Source: Chthoniobacter flavus (GTDB lineage: Bacteria > Verrucomicrobiota > Verrucomicrobiia > Chthoniobacterales > JACTMZ01). Taken from it: a DNA stretch of 58,318 nt. This document shows positions 39,260 through 48,749 of this stretch, piece after piece; position 1 is the first letter of the stretch; every line of letters starts with the position of its first letter. The stretch is from NCBI GenBank assembly GCA_945871065.1, contig CAMBUL010000006.1:1-58318 (forward strand), read 5' to 3'. The notes below the pieces were generated by a model. That model had not been told where the DNA came from and ran no database searches. It was given only the letters and a program-made list of their open reading frames with translations. A program made the translations under genes and the position numbers.

Positions 39260-40105
39260 ATGGGAATTTTCCAAAAACCGGCCCTCAAGATCCGGTCGAA
39301 AATCAAGAGCAATGTCCCCGAGGGTCTCTGGACCAAGTGCCCGTCCTGCGGGGAGGTCATCACCCAGACCGAACTGCAACAAAATCTCCAAGTGTGCCCC
39401 CGCTGCCAGCATCACATGACGCTGGGGGCGCGCGACCGGATCGAGAGTCTGGCCGACGAGGGCTCGTTCCAGGAACACGATGCGGAAATGCTTTCGGTCG
39501 ATTCGCTCAAGTTCCGCGGTGTCGCCACCTACCAGGACCGCCTCGAGACCTACCGGAAAAAGACCGGACTCAAGGACGCCGTGATCACCGGAGACGCCAC
39601 CATCGGGGGATGCCCGGTTGGAATCGCCGTGATGGATTTCAATTTTATCGCCGCCACCATGGGGTCCGTGGTCGGCGAGAAGATCACGCGGACGATCGAG
39701 CGGGCGACCAAAAATCGGTGGCCTGTCATCATTGTTTCCGCCTCCGGCGGCGCACGTATGTACGAGGGAATGCTCAGTCTTATGCAAATGGCCAAAACCA
39801 GCGGCGCGTTGGCGCGCCACGCCGAGGCCAAGCTTCCTTACATTTCCGTGCTGACCAATCCCACCACCGCCGGCGTCATGGCCAGCTACGCCTCGCTCGG
39901 GGACATCATCATGGCCGAGCCGAAGTGCATGATCGGCTTCGCCGGTCCGCGGGTCATTCGCGAGACCACGCACCAAGAACTGCCCAAGGGTTTCCAGACC
40001 GCCGAGTTCCTTCAGGACCACGGGCTGGTCGATATGATTGTCGCAAGGCAGCGATTGCGGGACACGCTTTCCCAACTGCTCAATTTCTTCGATCGCAAGA
40101 AGTGA
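39260..40105 (+). CDS. accD: Acetyl-CoA carboxylase carboxyltransferase beta subunit
   Basis: LWTKCPSC, VGEKI, SGGARM.EG, GFAGPRVI, FQTAEFL. Confidence 0.96.
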   Translation: MGIFQKPALKIRSKIKSNVPEGLWTKCPSCGEVITQTELQQNLQVCPRCQHHMTLGARDRIESLADEGSFQEHDAEMLSVDSLKFRGVATYQDRLETYRKKTGLKDAVITGDATIGGCPVGIAVMDFNFIAATMGSVVGEKITRTIERATKNRWPVIIVSASGGARMYEGMLSLMQMAKTSGALARHAEAKLPYISVLTNPTTAGVMASYASLGDIIMAEPKCMIGFAGPRVIRETTHQELPKGFQTAEFLQDHGLVDMIVARQRLRDTLSQLLNFFDRKK

Positions 40106-41313
40106 ACTACCGCGACACGCTCGCGTGGCTTTTCGGAAAGCAAACTTTCGGCATTAAGCTGGGGTTGGAAAACACCCAACGTTTGCTCGCCGCCTGCGGT
40201 CAGCCGCAGGAGAAATTGCGTTTTCTACACGTGGCCGGAACGAACGGCAAAGGCAGCACCTGTGTCTTGATGGACTCCATCCTGCGCGCGGCTGGCCACC
40301 GCACCGCCCTTTATACGTCCCCGCATCTGGTCGACTTTCGCGAACGCATCCGGGTGGACGGGCAGATGATCCCGGAATCCTCCGTAGCGGAAGGGCTCAC
40401 TCTGCTCCGCGATGCATCGGATGGCTGGGAGGAACTCCCGACTTTTTTCGAGTTGGCCACCGTCCTCGCTGCATGGTGGTTTGCCAGGGAAGCTGCGGAA
40501 TTCGTCGTCTGGGAGACCGGCATGGGCGGGCGAATGGATGCCACCAATGCGGTTACCCCGGAGGTTTCGGTCATCACCCCGATTGGCATGGATCACCAAA
40601 TGTGGCTCGGCAAAACCCTCAAAGAAATCGCCGGTGAAAAGGCGGGTATCATCAAGGCCGGCATCCCCGCGGTCTCGGCTCCGCAAGATGCTGAAGCCGC
40701 GGACGCACTCGTGGCCAAGGCGGCGGCGGCCCCAACGATGATAACTTTTGTCGAGCGACCATGGACCAATGGCCCGCTCGGTTTGGCCGGCTTCCATCAG
40801 CGATGGAACGCTGCTTTAGCCTGCGAAGCTTTGCGCGCGGCTGGTCTTGTGGTTAAAAAAACAACCGAACAGGAAGGTTTGCGGAATCTTGTTTGGCCGG
40901 CGCGGTTCCAGCGGGTCGGACCGGACCTCGTGATCGATGGAGCGCACAATCCGGAAGCCGTGACGGCTCTCGTTGCCACTTGGCGCGAGGTTTTCGGCGG
41001 GACGAAGGCGCGTCTGATCTTCGGTGCTCTGCGGGACAAGGATGCTGCCCTCATCCTGCGCTTGCTCGGGTCTGTCGCGGACGAGGTCGTGCTGGTTCCC
41101 GCGCCGGGTCCGCGCGGTGCTCCGACCGCTGAACTGCGTCCGCTTGCTCAAGCGGCGGGATTCCGCACCGTGACCGAGGCAGAGGTGCCCGTTGCTCTTA
41201 TCTCGGCTCGGAGCCAGCATGGCCCCGTGCTTGTGGCGGGATCTCTTTTTCTGGCCGGCGAAGTCCTGGCTTTGCTTGAGGGAGCGGCGAAACCTTTGTC
41301 CTCGGCGCAGTGA
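40102..41313 (+). CDS. folC: Folylpolyglutamate/dihydrofolate synthase
   Basis: HVAGTNGKGS, TSPHL..FRERI, ETGMGGRMDATN, DGAHNP, GSLFL.GE. Confidence 0.94.
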   Translation: MNYRDTLAWLFGKQTFGIKLGLENTQRLLAACGQPQEKLRFLHVAGTNGKGSTCVLMDSILRAAGHRTALYTSPHLVDFRERIRVDGQMIPESSVAEGLTLLRDASDGWEELPTFFELATVLAAWWFAREAAEFVVWETGMGGRMDATNAVTPEVSVITPIGMDHQMWLGKTLKEIAGEKAGIIKAGIPAVSAPQDAEAADALVAKAAAAPTMITFVERPWTNGPLGLAGFHQRWNAALACEALRAAGLVVKKTTEQEGLRNLVWPARFQRVGPDLVIDGAHNPEAVTALVATWREVFGGTKARLIFGALRDKDAALILRLLGSVADEVVLVPAPGPRGAPTAELRPLAQAAGFRTVTEAEVPVALISARSQHGPVLVAGSLFLAGEVLALLEGAAKPLSSAQ

Positions 41314-41327
41314 CCCCCGCGCGTGCT

Positions 41328-41972
41328 CTAGCGCAAGGCCTCGATCTCGGCAGCGCGGTCCGGCGCCCGAAAGACCGAAGTGCCCGCAACCAGGACATCG
41401 GCTCCGACCTCGCGGCACTGGCGGGCTGTGCCGACATTAATCCCGCCGTCCACCGTGATACGGAAATGCAAGTGGTGCTTTCTGCGCAGTTCATCCGCGG
41501 CACGAATTTTCGGCAGCATGTCCTCCATGAACGGCTGGCCGCCGAAACCCGGTTCAACGGTCATGATGAGGAGGAGGTCAAATTGTCCGAGGTAGGGATC
41601 GATTGAGCCGATCGGCGTGTGTGGATTGATGGCCAGTCCCGCCTTTTTGCCCGCCGTGCGGATCCGGGCGAGTGTCTCGGGCACATCGGCTTCGGCTTCA
41701 AGGTGGATATCCACGGAATGCGCCACCGGAAGGTAGCGGTCGAGGTAGCGGTCCGGATTGGTGATCATGAGATGGACATCCAGAGGCAGGTCCGTGTGGC
41801 GCGACGCCGCCTCGACAAAAGCCGAACCGAACGAGATGTTGTCTACAAAATGACCGTCCATCACATCGCAGTGGATCCAGTCCGCCCCCGCGCGGGTCAC
41901 CTCGGCTACTTCTTCGCCAAGTCGCGCGAAGTCACAGGCCAGGATGGACGGGGCAACGATAACTTTCACCAT
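41328..41972 (-). CDS. rpe: Ribulose-phosphate 3-epimerase
   Basis: APSIL, H.DVMDGHFV.N, DVHLM, M.V.PGFGGQ, VDGG. The start may be the GTG at 41969. Confidence 0.96.
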   Translation of the reverse strand: MVKVIVAPSILACDFARLGEEVAEVTRAGADWIHCDVMDGHFVDNISFGSAFVEAASRHTDLPLDVHLMITNPDRYLDRYLPVAHSVDIHLEAEADVPETLARIRTAGKKAGLAINPHTPIGSIDPYLGQFDLLLIMTVEPGFGGQPFMEDMLPKIRAADELRRKHHLHFRITVDGGINVGTARQCREVGADVLVAGTSVFRAPDRAAEIEALR

Positions 41973-41983
41973 CTGAGTCTACG

Positions 41984-42481
41984 ATGAGCGCGGACGAAAT
42001 CCAAGGTTTCGACTGGCAGCCGGATGTCTTCTACATGCAGTCCGCCTTGCGCTGTGCCCACAAAGCGGCCGTGGTTGACGAGGTCCCCATCGGGGCGGTC
42101 ATTGTGCGAAATGGCGAGGTCATCGCCCGCGCTTGGAATCAGGTTGAGATGTTGAAGGATGCCACGGCCCATGCCGAGATGCTGGCCATTACTCAGGCCG
42201 AGGCGGCGGTGGGTGATTGGCGGCTCAACCAATGCGACCTCTACGTGACCAAGGAACCCTGTCCGATGTGCGCCGGGGCCATCGTTCTCGCACGCCTGCG
42301 CCGGGTCGTCTTCGGGTGCTCCGATTCCAAAGGGGGGGCGGCCGGGGGCTGGATCAACCTGTTGCAAAGCGACGTGCTGAATCACCGGTGCGAGGTCACC
42401 AGCGGCGTCCTCGGGGAGGAGTCCGCCGCGCTGCTGCGTCAGTTCTTCGGCAAAAAGCGTGCGCCGATTTCGGAAAGCTGA
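41984..42481 (+). CDS. tadA: tRNA adenosine(34) deaminase
   Basis: EVPIGAV, AHAE, EPCPMCAGA, LL..FF. Confidence 0.92.
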   Translation: MSADEIQGFDWQPDVFYMQSALRCAHKAAVVDEVPIGAVIVRNGEVIARAWNQVEMLKDATAHAEMLAITQAEAAVGDWRLNQCDLYVTKEPCPMCAGAIVLARLRRVVFGCSDSKGGAAGGWINLLQSDVLNHRCEVTSGVLGEESAALLRQFFGKKRAPISES

Positions 42482-42909
42482 TCGAGGCTCAGGGGGCGCG
42501 CGCCGCGGGTCATGGCGTGGATTTGCCTTTGATTGATCTCGTCGAGTTGCGGACGCAGGTAAGTGCCGAGGTCATCCGCGGGATGCTCCGGGGGCGCGGC
42601 GAGATCCTTCCGCCATGCCTCGATCCAGGCCCATTGGACGCGGCGCGAGGCCTCCATTTCGGCGGCAAAGAAGCGACGGACGGTATCCGGGGCCAGTCCC
42701 TGCCTCTGGCCCTCGGCCATCATGGTTTGCAGGATGGCGGTTTCGCGCTGCGGATCGTAGACCGGCAGGTCGGCGGAGTGCTTGGCCCATGCGATGTCGC
42801 GGGACATGCCGAGCCGCAGCCCGGCCAGTGAAGCCAACTCCCCTTGCGGCGACACGCATCCGGCGAGCAAGGCAGGCGCCAGGCCGAGGAGGAGGAGCTT
42901 CCGGTTCAT
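42439..42909 (-). CDS. Exported chorismate mutase (AroQ gamma), lipoprotein
   Basis: LAGC lipobox; RL......A..K......V.DP.RE..IL, FF.....AS..VQ, LRP.LD. Confidence 0.8.
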   Translation of the reverse strand: MNRKLLLLGLAPALLAGCVSPQGELASLAGLRLGMSRDIAWAKHSADLPVYDPQRETAILQTMMAEGQRQGLAPDTVRRFFAAEMEASRRVQWAWIEAWRKDLAAPPEHPADDLGTYLRPQLDEINQRQIHAMTRGARPLSLDQLSEIGARFLPKN

Positions 42910-43922
42910 CAGAAATCGTTTTTCAGTACGATGCGGTAGCGTGCTTGGCCGGACTCGAGGCGGGCCAGTGCTTCATTCACCTGCGACATGCCGAAGTTTT
43001 CGGTCACGGCGGCGATGCCATGGCGGGCGCAGAAGTCGAGCATCTGGGCCGTGGTGGCCGGACTTCCGAGGGGCGAAGCGGAAACCGATCTCTGCCCCAT
43101 GAGCAGCGGGAACACGCCGATGTCGAGCGGTTCGAGCACGGCGCCGACAAAATGCAGCCGGCCGCGTGGGGCCAGCGTGGCGATGTAAGCGTTCCAATCG
43201 AGCGGCACGTTGACCGTGACCATGATGAAGTCGAGCGAGCGAGCGAGGGGCTTGAGTTGGGCCGGATCCCTCGAATTGACCACATGGTGTGCGCCGAGTT
43301 TGCGCAGCTCGTCTTTTTTGTCTTCGGACGAGGTGAAGGCGAAGACTTCGCAGCCCCATTTGTTGAGGAATTGTACGGCCAGGTGACCGAGCCCGCCCAC
43401 CCCAACCACCCCGACGCGGTCGGTCGGTCGCACACCGCACTGCACGATCGGATTGAAGACAGTGATGCCCCCGCAAAAAAGCGGGCCGGCTTTGGACGCA
43501 TCGACTCCGTCCGGGATCGGCACGGCCCACGCCCAATGGGCCCGCACGCGCTCGGCAAAGCCGCCCGGGCGGCCGATGATCGTGTCCTCGCCGTTCGGGC
43601 AGAGGTTCTGGTCGCCGCGCAGGCAGTCCGGGCAACTCATGCAGCTGCCGGAGAACCAACCAAGCCCGACGCGGTCGCCGGTTTTGACTTTTTTCACCTT
43701 GTCGCCTGTGGCGACGATGCGACCGGCAACTTCATGGCCCGGGATCAGGGGGAATTGGGCGTTGCCCCAGCTGTTGTGGATGACTGAAAGATCGGAATGG
43801 CAGATCCCGCAGTAATCGACGGCGATTTCGACCTGCTCGTCGCCGAGTGGACCCGGATCGAATTCGAAGGGTTCCAGGGCGGCTCCGGCAGCTGTGGCGG
43901 CGTAAGCTTTGATCTTGCTCAT
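42909..43922 (-). CDS. ahr: Zn-dependent NADPH aldehyde reductase (Ahr/YjgB-like)
   Basis: CGICHSD, GHE, C..C..C, PLFCGGITVFNP, G.GGLGH, ARYRIVL. Confidence 0.85.
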   Translation of the reverse strand: MSKIKAYAATAAGAALEPFEFDPGPLGDEQVEIAVDYCGICHSDLSVIHNSWGNAQFPLIPGHEVAGRIVATGDKVKKVKTGDRVGLGWFSGSCMSCPDCLRGDQNLCPNGEDTIIGRPGGFAERVRAHWAWAVPIPDGVDASKAGPLFCGGITVFNPIVQCGVRPTDRVGVVGVGGLGHLAVQFLNKWGCEVFAFTSSEDKKDELRKLGAHHVVNSRDPAQLKPLARSLDFIMVTVNVPLDWNAYIATLAPRGRLHFVGAVLEPLDIGVFPLLMGQRSVSASPLGSPATTAQMLDFCARHGIAAVTENFGMSQVNEALARLESGQARYRIVLKNDF

Positions 43923-43963
43923 CCTTGTCCTCTACCTGCCCGTCCCGGTTTTGGCGAGACTGG

Positions 43964-44941
43964 TCAGAGGATCAACATGCAATCGCCGTAGCTGAAGAAG
44001 CGGTATCCCCGGCCGATCGCCTCGGCGTAGGCCCGGCCGATCAATTCCTTGCCGGCCAAAGCGCAGACCAGAACAAAGAGTGTCGATTTGGGCAGATGGA
44101 AATTGGTCAGCAGGGCGTTGGTGCGGACAAAAGGAAAACCGGGTTTGATGAAAATTTCGGTGCGTCCCTTTCCCGGTTGCACGGGCCCGGGCGGTAATGA
44201 CTCCAGGACGCGCAAGCTGGTCGTGCCGACCGCGATGATGCGCCCGGCGCGGTTGATTTCCTCCGCGCCTTCGGGCGATACAACAAAGTTTTCGCCGTGC
44301 ATACGATGCGTTTCGAGGTTGTCCCCACGCACCGGCAGGAACGTTCCCGGCCCGACGTGCAAGGTGACAAACGTATGCGGCAACTTGGCCAGGATTTCCG
44401 GGGTGAAATGCAATCCGGCCGTGGGCGCCGCGACCGAACCGGATTCGCGCGCGTAAACCGTCTGGTAACGCACGCGGTCTTCCGCATCATCTTCGCGGCC
44501 GAGGTAGGGCGGAATCGGCATGTGCCCGAGCTTTTCCAGATCCGGCTCGGTATCGAACCGCACGATGCGCGTGCCGTCCGCTTCGTCGATCGATTCGATG
44601 TGCGCGGTCGTCCCGGCAATGGCGAAATGGGCGCCGGTTCGTGTGCGTTTGCCCGGACGCGCAAAGGCACGCCAACGGGCCGGGCCAAGCTGATCGAAAA
44701 GCAGCAATTCAACACGTCCGTCGTCGGTGACCAACCGAGCCGGAATAACCCGCGAGTTGTTGAGCACGAGCATGTCGCCCGGACGGATAAATTCCGGCAG
44801 GTCACGGAACGCCCGGTGGGTCACGGTGCCCGCGGTTCGGTCCACCACCATCATTCGCGAGGCGGCGCGGTCCGGCAACGGGCGCACGGCCACCAACTCA
44901 CGCGGCAGGGCAAAATCGTAGTCGGAGAGCGGCGAACTCAC
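43964..44941 (-). CDS. queA: SAM:tRNA ribosyltransferase-isomerase
   Basis: YDF.LP, N...VIPARL, PPY, YQTVYA, AAPTAGLHF, TNFHLPKSTL, FFSYGD. Confidence 0.96.
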   Translation of the reverse strand: MSSPLSDYDFALPRELVAVRPLPDRAASRMMVVDRTAGTVTHRAFRDLPEFIRPGDMLVLNNSRVIPARLVTDDGRVELLLFDQLGPARWRAFARPGKRTRTGAHFAIAGTTAHIESIDEADGTRIVRFDTEPDLEKLGHMPIPPYLGREDDAEDRVRYQTVYARESGSVAAPTAGLHFTPEILAKLPHTFVTLHVGPGTFLPVRGDNLETHRMHGENFVVSPEGAEEINRAGRIIAVGTTSLRVLESLPPGPVQPGKGRTEIFIKPGFPFVRTNALLTNFHLPKSTLFVLVCALAGKELIGRAYAEAIGRGYRFFSYGDCMLIL

Positions 44942-47493
44942 GCGTCGCTTTTGGCCTTCACGGGCAGCAGCCCCGCGTGGCGTGCTGCCACGGCCAGCAA
45001 ATCGGCCACCCGGCGCTTGAGCCGGCGAGCGCGGACGAGGAGGAAGAGAACGAACAGGCCGTAAGCCGCGCCGGACCACCACGGGATGCCATGGCCGAGG
45101 AATTGCTGGTAGGCCAGCACGGAAAGAAGGAGGAAGTTAGCGAGGAAGTTTGCTCCACCCGCTCTCAAGCGGAGGCTGCCGCGGGTGAGGCACTTTGGTC
45201 CACCATGGTATTCGGTCACGGTGCGCAGCCGCACCAGCCACCAGAAGCTCCCGTAGATTTGCACATCCCAATTGTTCCACCCCGTATCGAGCGAGTAGCT
45301 CCAGCCCTCATCCTCGAGCAAACGCGTTGTTTCGGCCAGCAACCGTTCGCGGCCGTGACCTTCCTCGTTCCAAAATTCGAAATGGGTCGTGCCCCCCGCG
45401 CTGTGGCGCGAGGCGAGTTCCTGCTCGGGTGTGCGGATGACGCGTTCCGGCGTGCGTTTGTATTTCAGCCACGTGAAGTAGCGGCTCCAGCCGCGCACCA
45501 GCGGTTGGGTGAAGGCGAGGAAGGCGACAAGCAACCGCGCCCGCACCGAGTCGAATTGCGGCTCGAGCCGGGCATGCAGCATGTAGGAAAGAGCAACCAA
45601 AAAAGTTCCTCCGAACATCAAGTAAGGCACGATGCGCAGGTCGGGAAATCCGATGGAAAGAATGAAGACCATGACGGTTAGCAAAACCCACTCGAGGCTG
45701 GCCAGATAGTTCGCCACCTCGGAACGCGGGGTCGGATAGATGCTCTGGAAGAGGCCTTCGCCGAAAACGCCGTGGTAGATGAGTGGACGATTGATCAGCC
45801 AGGTGAAGCGCGGGGCTCCGTAAATCTGGCCCTTCCATTTCGCCGTCCCGGTCGGGCCGAAAAAGATGAGGTGTTTGAAGCGCAACATCGATTCCGCCTC
45901 GCCGTATCCTTCCTGCTGCTTGCGGAAGGCGCCGAGGGTGAAACGGCGGTAGTGCCAGACAATGGCGGCCGGACTGAACGCGATGACTTGGCCGCTCTGC
46001 TGGAGCCGCCAACAAAAATCCACATCGTCACCCGCCTTGCGGTAGTCGGGGTCGAAGCCACCGACCGCATCGAAGGCCCACCGGTGGAAGGCCATGTTGC
46101 AACCCGGAATGTGCTCGGCCACCACATCGGTGAGCAGTACATGGCTTGGTCCGCCCGGGGCCGCCGCCACGCAGGCCTGGATCCAATCCTGGGCGGGCGG
46201 AGAAATGTTCGGTCCGCCGACCCCGGCGTAGTCACCCGAGATCAGGGTACCCATCAAGTAGTAAAGCCAATCCGGGTCCGCCATGCAGTCGCTGTCCGTG
46301 TAAGCAATGACCTCGCCGGTCGCCGCGGCGGCACCCGCGTTGCGCGCGTAGCTCAAGCCCATGTTTTTCTGAAGGATACTCTGGAAATCAGGACGGGTTT
46401 TCCACCCGATAAGCCGCCCTTCGCGCGCCTTGTTCCACGCGGCGACAATTTCCTGCGTGTTGTCCGTCGATCCGTCGTCGACCAAGACGATTTCGTAGTC
46501 CGGATAGTCGACGTGGTCGAGCGCCTCAAGACAATCGCCGAGGGTCTTGCCGCCATTGTAGGAGCAGACCACAACGGAGACGCGCGGGTATTTTTCCAAC
46601 GGCACGCGCTCGGCCAACGGCTTGTCTCCGGCGAAGAGGGCTTTGACTCGGGCGTAGGCTTTCTTCGGCTTCCGCTCGCGCGTGACCAGACCGAAGGCCC
46701 AATCGGTGATTTCCTGGCCACCGCGGAACCATTCGTCGGTCCACGCGTAAATGATCGTTCCGGCCAACCCGCCGCGCACTACGCTCTCGATGTGCCAGGA
46801 GATCATTTCCGCCTGCTCGTCTTCGCTGTGGCGGATGGTATCCATGCCGAATTCCCCGAGCATGAGCGGACGGTCCTCCGCGAGGTTTTGCAGGCGCGCG
46901 AGGTAGCGATCGAAGTCCTCCTGACGGTGCAGGTAGACGTTGAAGGTGAAAAAGTCGGCGTTCTGCGGCAGCAGGTATTCGGTCGGAGGAAAGCTGGCGT
47001 AAGAATAAAGCACCTCGGGGTCCACGCGCTTGGCCAGGAAGATGAGGTGCTCGACGAATTCGGTCACGCGACCCGGGCCCAGCCAACGCACCATATGGCT
47101 GGGGATTTCATTGCCCACGAGATAGCCGAAAACGGCGGGATGCCCGCGGTTCGTTTTGACCGCATCAACCACCGCTTTTTCGATCTCGCGGCGCGTTTTG
47201 CGTTGGTTGAGGAATTCGACGTGTTCGGCCCAGGGAATGGAAATGAGGCAACGAATGCCGTGCTCCGCGCAGGCGTCGAGGAACCAGCGCGGCGGCACAT
47301 AATAGACGCGCACGAGATTGAGCCCGGCCTCGTGCATCATGGCGAGGTCGGCCTTTGCTTTGTCCGGTGCGCCGAAGTGTTCGCCCCCGGCGTCGGGGGC
47401 GAACGGACCATAGGTCGTGCCCTTGACGAAAAACTTGCGGTCGCCTTCGCGGAAGAATTTGGCTCTGACCCGGACGGGTGCGGTGAAGCTCAC
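44938..47493 (-). CDS. Clan GH-A TIM-barrel glycoside hydrolase + GT2 glycosyltransferase fusion with C-terminal TM helices
   Basis: GNE and LGEFG GH motifs; VSVVVCSYN, VDDGS.D, ARN.G, TDSD, GCNM, GDDVD; TM segments. Confidence 0.82.
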   Translation of the reverse strand: MSFTAPVRVRAKFFREGDRKFFVKGTTYGPFAPDAGGEHFGAPDKAKADLAMMHEAGLNLVRVYYVPPRWFLDACAEHGIRCLISIPWAEHVEFLNQRKTRREIEKAVVDAVKTNRGHPAVFGYLVGNEIPSHMVRWLGPGRVTEFVEHLIFLAKRVDPEVLYSYASFPPTEYLLPQNADFFTFNVYLHRQEDFDRYLARLQNLAEDRPLMLGEFGMDTIRHSEDEQAEMISWHIESVVRGGLAGTIIYAWTDEWFRGGQEITDWAFGLVTRERKPKKAYARVKALFAGDKPLAERVPLEKYPRVSVVVCSYNGGKTLGDCLEALDHVDYPDYEIVLVDDGSTDNTQEIVAAWNKAREGRLIGWKTRPDFQSILQKNMGLSYARNAGAAAATGEVIAYTDSDCMADPDWLYYLMGTLISGDYAGVGGPNISPPAQDWIQACVAAAPGGPSHVLLTDVVAEHIPGCNMAFHRWAFDAVGGFDPDYRKAGDDVDFCWRLQQSGQVIAFSPAAIVWHYRRFTLGAFRKQQEGYGEAESMLRFKHLIFFGPTGTAKWKGQIYGAPRFTWLINRPLIYHGVFGEGLFQSIYPTPRSEVANYLASLEWVLLTVMVFILSIGFPDLRIVPYLMFGGTFLVALSYMLHARLEPQFDSVRARLLVAFLAFTQPLVRGWSRYFTWLKYKRTPERVIRTPEQELASRHSAGGTTHFEFWNEEGHGRERLLAETTRLLEDEGWSYSLDTGWNNWDVQIYGSFWWLVRLRTVTEYHGGPKCLTRGSLRLRAGGANFLANFLLLSVLAYQQFLGHGIPWWSGAAYGLFVLFLLVRARRLKRRVADLLAVAARHAGLLPVKAKSDA

Positions 47494-47582
47494 GCCGTTT
47501 CAGCTAGGCCAAGCGAAGGCCCTTGTCGAGAGGATCACGGCATTGACCATGTCCGGGCCGCAGGTCAGGGTTTGGGCAATTC

Positions 47583-47876
47583 ATGAACATTGCCATCGCG
47601 CTGGCCCAATTCATCATGCTCGCCCTCGCCACCATGGCGGCGCACATCTTGGTTAATTCGGAGTCCGTGGCCTCGCCTCCGGTGACCCTGTCGGACACGG
47701 TCGCCACTTTCATCGCGAACCAAGGCCTCTGGTTTCTTCTCATTCCGGCTATTTGGCTTTGTTTTGCCGGTTGGTGCGAAAAAAGCAAGGGCGCCTGGTC
47801 CGGCCTCGCCCAGCCCATCGGCGCAGGAATCGCTTTTGCCATCCTCGCGATGATCGTGCTGGTGCTCATGTTTTGA
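47583..47876 (+). CDS. Hypothetical small membrane protein
   Basis: 97 aa with three hydrophobic segments; fills an intergenic gap. Confidence 0.6.
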   Translation: MNIAIALAQFIMLALATMAAHILVNSESVASPPVTLSDTVATFIANQGLWFLLIPAIWLCFAGWCEKSKGAWSGLAQPIGAGIAFAILAMIVLVLMF

Positions 47877-47950
47877 GAGGAAGCGATGCGGACAGAATCG
47901 GTCCGCGAGGGAACATGCTCACGTCCGCATGATGGTGGTGGTGCAAAATA

Positions 47951-48017
47951 GGTGGATCGCGCCGTACCGGCGCGATGGCTCTGACACTTTATCGCGATAA
48001 GGACATCGCGATCCACC
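47951..48017. repeat. GTGG-type REPIN (family 2)
   Basis: GGTGGATCGCGCCGTACCGGCGCGATG ... ATCGCGATAAGGACATCGCGATCCACC inverted pair. Confidence 0.72.
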
Positions 48018-48032
48018 GGCCATCTTTTTTCT

Positions 48033-48749
48033 TCAGCCCTGCAACGCGCTGATCAGCACGGCGGGTGAAGTCGGCGCTGGGGAGCTGCTTCCCACCGGCT
48101 CAATGGTCACCGCAAATCCCTGCATTGAGCTCATGTTATCCCCGGGTTGAACGAAACTCCGGGCCAACCCACCTTCGCGCACAGCCAGCGCACCGCAGGC
48201 ATGAACCGCGCCATCCCCGTCCACCGCCCAAACATGATAAGAGTGCGTCGCCGGGAGGACGGGAAGCCCGCCCGCTTGCACATACCATCCGCGCTGACCG
48301 CTGTCCCAGAGCACATGCGCTTTCGCATTGGCGTAATCACCATATCCCTCGAGCACGATTTGCAGGTTTTCCGGGTCGGGACGCGCATCGCGCACGACGA
48401 CCGATTCTTTTTGCCGGGTGGTGGCCGAAGCGCCCGCCAGCACGAGGAGCACGACGGCAGCAGCAGCAGCCCACGCGGCAAACCCAAAAGGCCGAACCGC
48501 TTCGGTCACTGTTTTGTCGGAGGCTTGGCCGCCGAAGACCCGGTCCATGACGCGTTGCCGCAAGGCGGGTGGTGCGGTGGCCGCCGGAGCAAGCAAGGAT
48601 AACTGGGCCGCGGCGTCGGCCAACTCATCGCGCAGGCGCAAAGCCGACGGGTTTTCCCCGCGCACCCGTTCCCAAGTGACGAGGTCTTCGCCTTCGAGCG
48701 CACTGAGCGCATCGAGTGCGGCTAACTCTTCGATTTGGTCGCGGGTCAT
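48033..48749 (-). CDS. RskA-like anti-sigma factor
   Basis: EELAAL.AL.AL, PP.ALR..V, TM helix, Y.VW, FAVTIEP.G.S..PT. Confidence 0.85.
   Translation of the reverse strand: MTRDQIEELAALDALSALEGEDLVTWERVRGENPSALRLRDELADAAAQLSLLAPAATAPPALRQRVMDRVFGGQASDKTVTEAVRPFGFAAWAAAAAVVLLVLAGASATTRQKESVVVRDARPDPENLQIVLEGYGDYANAKAHVLWDSGQRGWYVQAGGLPVLPATHSYHVWAVDGDGAVHACGALAVREGGLARSFVQPGDNMSSMQGFAVTIEPVGSSSPAPTSPAVLISALQG

Noticed and set aside
39184-41313. 709-aa extended FolC and 538-aa extended ComF (37634-39250) as fusion proteins
   Set aside because: The extensions are off-frame overlaps with accD and the CPBP gene; the real starts are 40102 and 38516.
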